NCBI RefSeq assembly: GCF_031769215.1
Contig: NW_026781907.1
Span: 1,550,001 to 1,614,000 of the forward strand
Length of the DNA: 64,000 nt
Direction of reading: 5' to 3'
Source: Ylistrum balloti
Lineage: Eukaryota
Part shown: positions 14,078 through 26,100 of the stretch, piece after piece
Position numbering within the stretch: position 1 is the first letter of the stretch
Layout of the letters: each line of letters begins with the position of its first letter
Position numbers and translations under genes: made by a program
Notes under the pieces: generated by a model
The model's input: the letters and a program-made list of their open reading frames with translations, nothing else
Databases searched by the model: none
Told to the model about the DNA's origin: nothing

Positions 14078-14559
14078 ACCAAAGTTTGACTACCAGAAAG
14101 CAAAAGTATATAGTTATCAAAGCACTTAACTTATGACATAACAACGCTCATTAAAGATTCAATTATGTCCGACTATTTATACCAAGACAAAGCGGCATAT
14201 ACATGTATGTAAACTGAAAAATAGATCTGGATTAAAAAAACGAAACTTATACGTGAAGCAAATAATTTAACACTCTTATTTGTCATAGAGTTTACAGCAC
14301 ATAGTTTTTATTCTTTCAATGTAAAACTGTAAAATGAATGCTTTCCAGGACACTTGCACTTACGAAAATCTGTAGGGTTTCAATGTGTCAAGCATTGTAC
14401 GTTACATATAAATTATTTGAATGGCAATTGACGCTTCAACGCTTCAAATTTCGTGGTATAGTCTTATCATACTCACGTGGATATATATATACAGCCAACC
14501 TGATATTTTTATCGAGTAACGTCAACGTTTTTTTTTTTTTTTTTTGAGCTTAACGTCCT

Positions 14560-14835
14560 TGTTCCGGTTATAACCGAGCCTAGGACACTTCACGTCAACG
14601 TTCACATTCGGCGGCCATTTATAAACAAATCAATTCCAACCAGATTTTGTGTCAGTGAATTTCATTGGTTAGATATCTGATCATTGGGCCAATGAAATAT
14701 AGTTTTACATGACCACTTCCTCATCATCCAACATGGCAGACTGCAACGAAGGGGTGTCTTGCAAAATATGCACTACATAATGAATTGTGTACTATTGAAA
14801 GTTCTAGGTATCGAAATTGCTATTATTAGTTCATC
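14560..14835. promoter_or_regulatory. Bidirectional promoter shared by the EF-hand/MTBD-like gene and FAM91A1
   Basis: Start codons diverge 759 bp apart. YY1-like cores face outward (GCGGCCATTT at 14611, CAACATGGCA at 14729), with CCAAT boxes at 14664 and 14683-14693 and an ETS-like CACTTCCT at 14714. The region is richer in CpG than its flanks. Confidence 0.65.
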
Positions 14836-17144
14836 ATGAATCCTGATATCGAAGCGAACATACGGAAAAACTTGCCATGGCTAAAGCTTCCCCCAAACGT
14901 GCGCCAGGTAGGAACTTTGCCTAGTTCTCCTGTTTTTTGACGGATGTCGAAGTGAACATCACAAATATCAAAATGACCACGAGACTGCATTAATTTTAAA
15001 TGACAGTTGATCAGAATGTTTTTATTGTTCTGTTCATTCTGTATAGTGTATATTCACAATCAAGGGTACAGCAAATATAGCAAACAAAAACAAAACAAAA
15101 ACTGCTATCCGTCTTGTGACAAGGCCTACATAATGAGAATTAGATAGAGGCCTCGCTAAATCACTACTTATCGTCTCCCATGTACATCTGCCATTGTTTT
15201 AGAAAAGAGGTAATACTGTAATGTATCTGGAATAGGATGACAGGTATCGGGCAGTTGGTCAGAGTTTTGATGCTGTAATTATAATATAGTCATTTTAAGT
15301 GCTTTGGGTGGTCGGGTGGTGCAGTGGTAACACTCTCGCCTTTCATCTAGCTATCCGGGGTTTGATTCCAGGATAGGATGTGAAAAAGTAAGGGATCACC
15401 TGACCATGTGGGTTTTCCCCAAGTATTCTGGTTTCCTCCCTCAATAAGACGCCTCACACGCTTACATCAGGGCCAAAAAGAATGATTAGTATAAATTGAA
15501 ATAATGTGTTCGGCAATTGATGTAAAGAAAAATGAATAAAGTTTATATTTAAATGCTTTTCTACGGATATGCATAAATGAACATGAATTGTGTGTTGTTC
15601 AATTTGACATTCCTGATACGTTATACATAGTTATTTATTGTAACTTAAACAACAATATCTCCATGAAGATGATGGACTCTGACCCATTATATTCATCACA
15701 TTGCAATGTAGCTATGTGAAAATATATCCATATTGAAAATGAAGGATTGCTTTGGAGTAATGGAATTTGATCTCATAAAGGGGTGGGATGGTGAGGAAAG
15801 CGGCGAAGAAAAACAGTTTTGTTCATGCAACATGATATAAATACAATTAAAAGAACACAAGCTGATTCAGCAAAATGTCTTGTGTTAGTCACCTCAAATA
15901 ATCATACAATGTTTCATCAGGTCTAACTGTTTCTTCTAGTAAACTTGCAAAAGAGATACAACAGCAATGATATGAACATATATACATACAAATTATAAAC
16001 AAACCGAAGGATCCAAGGGAAATGAAGGGAGATAATTATGATAAATATTTGTAATATCCTGATCTGCATATATCTTAAGGTTATATGCCAGTTGTTTACA
16101 GAAATGAGTAGAAATATATAGAATTAATTGAAGATTGTACAAAAAACACACAAGTGAAGAGCACCTGGAGAACGTCAAGTACATGTGTATATTTTGAACT
16201 GTGCCATGCTCACTATTCGAATAAATTAAAATATGGCATACAGGTCACAGCACACCTTGGTGACTAATAGTCTACTAGCCATATCTACCACCTGCAACCT
16301 GAAGATTGCACAGAATACACATAAGTGATTAAAATTGTAGTACCACTTAAAATGGGATTTAGATAGGATATGATAGATCCAAACAAGGAATTAATATAAA
16401 CTGCATCATACAGCTGTCCTTCTAGGAGTCATCAGTGATTACAAGGGCCTACAGGTTATACCTTAGAGGCGACTGTGAAAAATTCAAAGCAATCGAAAGA
16501 AAAAAGCATAAAAAATGTATGACAGAAAAAGCTTCTTTTTGCATATAAGAAGAAATAACATCTTACTTTTTACAAAATGAAACCGGTTTCAGCATTTAGA
16601 AAATGACTTGTAATACTTGGTGTTCAGTATCATTTGCCTGCATCATTACCTTATATAGTAATTATGCATTCTAACTATCTATAAGGGACACAAACAGTCT
16701 TGGCATCACAATATGGCAAGGAGGAATGCAATTACTCATTAACTAAATATAATATATCTGTCATTTTTCTGGGCACATGGTTTGGTCCATCTGTATACTT
16801 AATCACACAACGTCTATAATCTTTTTTATACATTTTTTCTCTTTCTCACATCTCGTACAATTAATTAAAATGAGAAATACAACAAACTTTCTGTCTTTCA
16901 TCAAATTTTCTTCTTTTTTACATGCAAAATACATTTCACACACACTTTCTCTCATATAAACTTTCCATTGTCATTTCAGATATATAATGCTCAACCTCAC
17001 ATAAGCAGTCGTATATGACGTTTATTGATATTGGTCTGATGTTCTCATTGTAGGTTTTGGGTAATTCTCAAAAGGAATATGAAAAGGCTGTTGGTCAGTT
17101 TAGTGTAAAAAATCAGCTGAGATATAAAGGCAACTTAGGTATGT

Positions 17145-17176
<32 letters not shown>

Positions 17177-20100
17177 TTTTATGAGACAACTGAAACTTTC
17201 ATTCAGTGGATACATATGGTACATGTATCCAACATCGAGGTACGCTGTATTTATTTTTATGTATGTAAAATGTAATAGGTTTGAGAACTTGAAACAAAAG
17301 AAATTGTTTAGTATCTAATATACATATTTTACTTGCATCAAATCATCTTTTGCCATTTAGAGAAAGATTAAAGGGAGTTCACTCTGATCGTTAATAAATC
17401 TGATTTATATGTATGCTTGAAAAAGTACTTGTAATGATTAGACTAAACCATGAATAGGGTTAGTGGTCTTCTAAATTTGAATGGGAATCTTTACAACACT
17501 TTGTGAATAATCGAATTTGATATGACAATTTGTGAATCTCCACAGTGAAGACGGTGCGTAAGGATGAGAAGCGTTACTACGAAGAGATGATGCGTTATAG
17601 TCAGGAGCATCTCATGCTTTATCCCTACCACTTGTCTGATGTGGTGGTGAAAGGCCTACGTGTCACACCATTCACCTACTACGTCAACATGATGTCCACC
17701 ATCATGACACAGGAGAAGAGCTACGATTCACTTCCCAATTTCACCGCTGCTGATTGTAAGTGTATCATATCAGGGCTCTCACACCCCATTTTGGGACTGG
17801 GGCCCGGGGCCCTTAGAAGTGGGAAATAATAATGGTGTTTTCCTTAGAATTGGGAAAACTTGGGGTCTAAATTGGGAAAAAAGATAATATTTTTGCGTTG
17901 GGAATTCGGCCCCAAATCTAGCAGATCGAGAGCCCTGCATATTCATACAATTGCCATCCCATTGGATTCCAGGAAATCGTTTTCAAGTAAAACAAAAAAA
18001 AAAAAACCAAAACAAAAATTCCATGTTAAGATCTGTATGTACTAAGAAGTTGTGTCAGAAAGAGAATCTATTTAATTAGTTATGATCCATTGTAATAATG
18101 ATTACCTGTAGGAAGGGAGAGGCAAGTATTTTACTGACTGACTGTATCAAAGATTTGCTGGTTTTATCTTTATATCTGTCGTTTATCTTTAGGTCTACGT
18201 CTGCTTGGGATTGGTCGTAATCAATATATTGATTTGATGAACCAGTGTAGATCCTCTAAGGTGAGGCAGAAATTGTAGCTCATCAGTTAATTTTGTACAT
18301 GTTTTACACATATAGGACTCTTAAATCTTCATTATATTCATTTCAATAAAGTGTCAATTATATTTTTAAAAATCTCATTTCGAGACTTAAGAAACATCGC
18401 AAAATTTTCCCGTTTTCTGAGATAAAATGATTTTTTTATTCGAATTATAATAAAACTTTTATGAAACTAAGAGCTCCTGATAATCATGTGTTCAAAAGGT
18501 CTTATAGATATTGTAAAGAACCTTTACCTAAAAATAGTCACTTTGACTTCATATCTGTTGCCTGCGTTGTGATTTAATCATATACATGTATAACCATTTC
18601 GGGTCATCAAACTATATTTTATTGCACACACTGTTCTGTGTCAGGCTTGATCAGGCTTGATCACAAATTTAATATTCAAGATACAGAATGCAAGGCAAAC
18701 AAATATTACACTGCAATAAACTTACAAACTAAACTATGGATCAAGTGAAAACTTTTCATAACTGTGTGAAATTATAATTGTTCTGAAAAAAAAAACTGAA
18801 ATTAAGGAGAATGAAATCATTTAATTTCTTTTCTACAGAAATTTTTCAGAAGGAAAAATCCAAAGGAATTATTACCAGCACAACCAGTTGATACCGCTGT
18901 AATGGAACACTGGTGGCGTGTCAGTGTAGGATATGTCACTGAGGATGATGTCAGGGTAGGTATCATTGGTCAGTGTAGGATATGTCACTGAGGATGATGT
19001 GAGGGTAAGTATCATTGGTGTGTCAGTGTAGGTTATGTCACTGAGGATGATGTCAGGGTAGGTAGCATTAGTGTGTCAATGTAGGCTATGTCACTGAGGA
19101 TGATGTCAGGGTAAGTATCATTAGTGTGTCAATGTAGGCTATGTCACTGAGGATGATGTCAGGGTAGGTATCATTGGTGTGTCAGTGTAGGCTTTGTCAC
19201 CGAGGATGATGTCAGGGTAGGTATCATTGGTCAGTGTAGGCTATGTCACTGAGGATGATGTCAGTGTAGGTATCATTGGTGTGTCAGTGTAGGCTTTGTC
19301 ACTGAGGATGATGTCAGGGTAGGTATCATTGGTGTGTCAGTGTAGACTATGTCACCAAGGATGATGTCAGGGTAGGTATCATTGGTGTGTCAGTGTAGGC
19401 TATGTCACCGAGGATGATGTCAGGGTAGGTATCATTGGTGTGTCAGTGTAGGCTTTGTCACTGAGGATGATGTCAGGGTAGGTATCATTGGTGTGTCAGT
19501 GTAGTCTATGTCACTGAGGATGATGTCAGGGTAGGTATTATTGGTGTGTCAGTGTAGGCTATGTCACTGAGGATGATGTCAGGGTAGGTGTCATTGGTGT
19601 GTCAGTGTAGGCTTTGTCACTAAGGATGATGTCAGGGTAGGTATCATTGGTCAGTGTAGGCTTTTTCACCAAGGATGATGTCAGGGTAGGTATCATTGGT
19701 GTGTCAGTGTACGCTATATCACAGAGACATGTACAACTTTTAAGGAGGTCACGACAGATAATCATATGATGATATTGATGAGATACTGACATTCTTCATT
19801 AATACATATTCCATAACTGTTTCAGAATAGCAATCTGATTTTATTTGTAACTTTGTGAATCAGTGACAAACATGATTTTCTTACTACTGTTATTAAAATA
19901 ATTATTTTGTTTATGTTTTCAGATGTGTACGACTGTAGAGAGGCAACTCATAGACAGTATTATAGACGCAGGTGTGGTTATAGCTGGAGATCATGATTAC
20001 AAACTTGTTCACGGTAAGGCTAGTAACAGAATTATAGACTACAAACTTGTTCACGGTAAGGCTAGTAACAGTATTATAGACTACAAACTTGTTCACGGTA

Positions 20101-23100
20101 AGGCTAGTAACAGTATTATAGACTACAAACTTGTTCATGGTAAGGCTAGTAACACTATTATAGACTACAAACTGGTTCATAGTAAGGCTAGTAACAGTAT
20201 TATAGACTACAAACTTGTTCACGGTAAGGCTAGTAACAGAATTATAGACTACAAACTTGTTCATGGTAAGGCTAGTAACACTATTATATAGACTACAAAC
20301 TTGTTCATGGTAAGGCTAGTAACACTATTATAGACTACAAACTTGTTCACGGTAAGGCTAGTAACAGTATTATAGACTACAAACTTGTTCACGGTAAGGC
20401 TAGTAACACTATTATAGACCACAAACGTGTTCACGGTAAGGCTTATAACAGTATTATAGACTACAAACTTGTTCACGGTAAGGCTAGTAACACTATTATA
20501 GACCACAAACGTGTTCACGGTAAGGCTTATAACATTATAATAGACTACAAACTTGTTCACGGTAAGGCTTATAACAGTATTATAGACTACAAACTTGTTC
20601 ATGGTAAGGCTAGTAACACTATTATAGACTATAAACTTGTTCACAGTAAGGCTAGTAACACTATTATAGACTATAAACTTGTTCACGGTGAGGCTTATAA
20701 CAGTATTATAGACTACAAACTTGTTCACGGTAAGGCTAGTAACAGTATTATAGACTACAAACTTGTTCACGGTAAGGCTAGTAACACTATTATAGACTAC
20801 AAACTTGTTCACGGTAAGGCTAGTAACAGAATTATAGACTACAAACTTGTTCACGGTAAGGCTAGTAACAGTATTATAGACTACAAACTTGTTCACGGTA
20901 AGGCTAGTAACACTATTATAGACTACAAACTTGTTCACGGTAAGGCTTATAACAGTATTATAGACTACAAACTTGTTCATGGTAAGGCTAGTAACAGAAT
21001 TATAGACTACAAACTTGTTCACGGTAAGGCTAGTAACAGAATTATAGACTACAAACTTGTTCACGGTAAGGCTAGTAACAGAATTATAGACTACAAACTT
21101 GTTCACGGTAAGGCTAGTAACACTATTATAGACTATAAACTTGTTCACGGTAAGGCTTATAACAGTATTATAGACTACAAACTTGTTCACGGTAAGGCTA
21201 GTAACACTATTATAGACTACAAACTTGTTCACGGTAAGGCTTATAACAGTATTATAGACTACAAACTTGTTCACGGTAAGGCTAGTAACACTATTATAGA
21301 CTATAAACTTGTTCACGGTAAGGCTTATAACAGTATTATAGACTACAAACTTGTTCACAGTAAGGCTAGTAACACTATTATAGACTATAAACTTGTTCAC
21401 GGTAAGGCTAGTAACACTATTATAGACTACAAACTTGTTCACGGTAAGGCTAGTAACACTATTATAGACTACAAACTTATTCATGGTAAGGCTAGTAACA
21501 GAATTATAGACTCAGGTGTTGTTACATTTGGAGATCACGACTACAAACCTGTTCATGATAAAACTGATCACAGTATTATGGACCCTAGCTGATGATTCAC
21601 CATTGCTTTTGTGTAATTGTGTCTCTTAAAATTTTGCAATGCGTAACACATCATCATCATCATTCTTTAATGAGAATATTTTTTTTCAGGATTATATAAA
21701 AAAGGGCTTATCTACCTGGATGTTCCAATTGCTGACGCTGACTGTATAATTGGTTAGTAGAATTCAAGCCACTTTGTTACTAGTGTCATCTCATTCATCA
21801 AGTTATTAATTAAACAGCCTTGCTTAAATATTAAAACAATACAACAATTAAGAGATATACTCCTTTGTCAAAAAGATTTAAGTGAAAAAACAGAAAAAAT
21901 ATCTACAATATCAACAGGTATTTATTCAAAAGTTTAAGGACATGCCATGGACATATTATTTATAACCTTAATGAATCTTTCTTTAATGAAAAATTTCATC
22001 ACAAATTTACATTCATAGAGAGGAAAGTTTCAACCTAGATGGACTGTAGATCACATTTGAGTGAATTGATGATTCCTGAACTGTTCTGATACAAAATACG
22101 TTTTCAGAAATATTTAGCCGATTTTGAATTTCACAAAACATATGTACTGATGATGTCTTTTTATTTTACAGTTCCTCCACTTGAAGGTTTTGTGATGAAC
22201 CGTGTGTTAGGCGATTACTTTGAAACTTTACTCTATAAGATATTTGTGTCGATTGATGAGCACACCACCGTGGCAGAGGTAAGTACTTAAAAGATTAATA
22301 TATAACTGATTTACGTCGGTCATACATCACAGGAAGTAGTGAATGGGTGTGGCATAATTCATTTAACAAATTTATAGCATACACGTCTATTGTTCTTGGT
22401 TTTCTAATGCAAAGTTTCTGTTAAGATATTCATACAAGGTTGGTTTTCGTAAACTACAATTCTATTTCTTGGGAATATTTAAGTACAGATATCTCATTCT
22501 ATTTGAATTTATTATCATTTACATATCTGAATTATATACTGGTTGTCATTAACAGGAAAGGGATTTTTAGGCTTTATCTGTTTCTATTATTACTTCATTA
22601 CTGATCACAGAAAGAATTAACTCCCTTGAAAGAATTATCTCCCTTCCATAAGGATAGGCAACAGACAATAGTTACGAAAGATTGCTTTTAATTTGCCTTA
22701 AGTATAGTACAGCTGTTTGATGGGTAACTACCCTCCTCAATATATAGATACAATATATCTTTGTGAAATGTACTGAGTAATGAACCATCTTCATAGAGAC
22801 TTAAGATGAATGAAGCTTCATTAAGTTAACTGGTAGATATAATGTTGTCTGTTGTGTTTACAGCTCGCCAATGTCCTTCAAATAGACCTACAACTAGTCA
22901 AGGTAAGACCAATGTTACCTATCAGGTAGCACTCACATAGATATATATGTCAGATAATGCATTGATGAACATATTGTAAATGGGGAAAACTTTCGCCTTC
23001 ATTTAACTTTCACAATTTTAGCTGTATGTTAAAAAAAGGCAAAATATATAGGAAAGCAAAAGTCTGATACGCCTTACCTTATTGTTGTCACATGTGGTAA

Positions 23101-26100
23101 AGATGAACATTACACTGGTTTAAAATATATTTCTTTTTTCGAGGGTGAGATTTTGCTGTTATATATTAGTTATAGATGTCAGTACGGGTGTCAAGAAGTC
23201 CATATAATTAACCAAGCTTCTTTATCATTCAGCCATTAAAGACTGGTTGTATGACAGATTCATGTCTCACTTTGTTTGAACAAGATCCAGCATACATGCA
23301 TGTATTACAGTAACAGGCTCCAGCATACATGTATGTATTACAGTAACAGGCTCCAGCATACATGTATGTATTACAGTGACAGGCTTCAACATACATGTAT
23401 GTATTACAGTGACAGGCTCCAACATACATGTATGTATTACAGTGACAGGCTCCAACATACATGTATGTATTACAGTGACAGGCTCCAACATACATGTATG
23501 TATTACAGTGACAGGCTTCAACATACATGTATGTATTACAGTGACAGGCTTCAACATACATGTATGTATTACAGTGACAGGCTTCAACATACATGTATGT
23601 ATTACAGTGACAGGCTCCAGCATACATGTATGTATTACAGTGACAGGCTCCAACATACATGTATGTATTACAGTGACAGTCTCCAGCATACATGTATGTA
23701 TTACAGTGACAGTCTCCAGCATACAAGTATGTATTACAGTGACAGGCTCCATCATACATGTATGTATTACAGTGACAGTCTCTAGCATACATGTATGTAT
23801 TACAGTGACAGTCTCCAGCATACATGTATGTATTACAGTGACAGGCTCCATCATACATGTATGTATTACAGTGACAGGCTTCAACATACATGTATGTATT
23901 ACAGTGACAAGCTTCAACATACATGTATGTATTACAGTGACAGGCTCCAGCATACATGTATGTATTACAGTGACAGGCTCCAGCATACATGTATGTATTA
24001 CAGTGACAGGCTCCAACATACATGTATGTATTACAGTAATATTCATACTCTAATTAAAATGTTTTTCAGAATGCTGTTTCCATGTATTGTCGTCTTGGTT
24101 TTGCTAAGAAGAAAGGGGTAGAGTTTTATGACTGTGAGAATCTTCATCCCTCATGGAAAGAAGTGCAACCAGTAAACAAGAAGTAAGTTCTGATCCCCGA
24201 GGTATCAATTGATGTATTGATAGGAAGGAATTTGCTGTGTTTAAAATACGAGAATGTGTTCAGATATGCTGGATAGAAATCTAAGTAATTCTCTCTATAG
24301 ATTGACTGATTTTCAACTTTTTATATATGAAATTGTTATGATACCCGAAGCAATATAGACAGTCTGTTCTAGCTAGTTGTTCATACCAAACAGGACAATC
24401 ATCATGGGAGATAATCCGTTGCATTGACTCAAAGGTTCATTTTTATACCTTGGACTGATGTAAGGTGTTATAATATGTGTATAGAAACCCAGGATATCAA
24501 ACCCAGACTTACTAGCAATGATCAGTAAGATACTGTTGAACATGTTGGTTTGTATATTATCATTTACCAATTGGTTACTGAAAATGTATTTAAATGTAAA
24601 TAAACCAACAGCCATTAGGATTGTGTGATATGGAAATAACTATGTATGACACAAAATTTATGTGATATGATGCTTTACAGGTTAACCCCTGACCAGACAA
24701 TCTTAGACTGGGACAATGCTCTGGCTGAGGCAAACAAAGAGCCCTCTCACCAGGAAGAGGAGCAGGACAAACCAAACTCTAATGTCAATGCCCTGAAGGA
24801 TGTCATGGGTAAGATTTGTCTGTCATCACAACAACATCAGCTGCCTATTTGTCTGTCATCACAGCTCCATCAACTGTCTTTTTGTCTGTCATCACAACTC
24901 CACCAGCTGTCTGTCATCACAACATCAGCTGTCTATTCATCTGTCATCACAACAACATCAGCTGTCTATTTGTCTGTCATCACAACTCCATCAGCTGTCT
25001 GTCTTTCATCACAACAACATCAGCTGTCTATTTGTCTGTCATCACAACTCCATGAGCTGTCTATTTGCCTGTCATCACATCTCCATCAGCTGTCTATTTG
25101 TCTGTCATCACAGCTCCAGCTGTCTATTTGTCTGTCATCACAAATCCATGAGCTGTCTATTTGTCTGTCATCACAACTCCATCAGCTGTCTATTTGTCTG
25201 TCATCACAACAACATTAGCTATTTGTATGTCATCACAAATCCATCAGCTGTCTGTCTGTCATTACAACTCCATGAACTGTCTATTTGTCTGTCATCACAG
25301 CTCCATGAGCTATTTGTCTGTCATCACAACTCCATGAGCTGTCTATTTGTCTTCAAAACTTCACTTGATTAACCTACAGAAACATATAATGATTGTTTAA
25401 AATGGTTCTTGATGGTGCAGTCCGTAATGTTCTCGGCTGCAAAACTTTCCAACTTTTTATAGTAAAAATTGTATGTATTTGAAATTTGAACACTCAAACT
25501 ACATCCAGACTGTACTTACCTTTTAGTTTGAATTAACTGGATAATGTTTTTTTATCATTTATGTAAATTGCACATCAAACAAAAGGCATGCTCCTTTTAT
25601 ATTGTTAAGAAAACATTACACCTTACATTTAAAAAATAGTAAACAAAATATATTTGGGACAACAATGAACATAAATTCTAATTTGATGTAAAACAAAACA
25701 ATTAAATGCCAACTTCATTTTAATGTGTAAACAAAAAACATTCCTTATATCTGGCGCAAAGAAAATTAAAAATATCGAACATTGAAAATAGTATTTTCCC
25801 TCCCATGGCTGACATTGACAATGTGATTGTTGATACAATCTCAAATATTTAAATAACAAATCATGAATTTTTATACCAAATGATATGATATAAGACAGTG
25901 ATTGAAACTATATAACCAGTCACACAATTTGATCAACCAGTGATTGAAGTGTACTTCCAGTTTGACCCTTTGACAAAACCATTGTTACAGTCATCAAAGA
26001 CATACAGTAGTGTACTGTTTCTGACACTTTTCAAACAATGTTCCGTTACCCCAAATTGAAAGGTAAATCTGGACCAGATGTAGTTGATTTATTAACTTTA

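Noticed and set aside
15305-15375. Possible tRNA gene
   Set aside because: A and B boxes are present, but the cloverleaf is degenerate and continues into a SINE core.
20261-21484. 407-aa minus-strand ORF of [14 protein letters not shown] repeats
   Set aside because: Antisense reading of the 42-bp array; open only because the unit is a multiple of 3.
23229-24121. Overlapping ORFs of 108-264 aa with Cys/His repeats
   Set aside because: Artefacts of the 33-bp intronic minisatellite; only 24070-24182 is a real exon.
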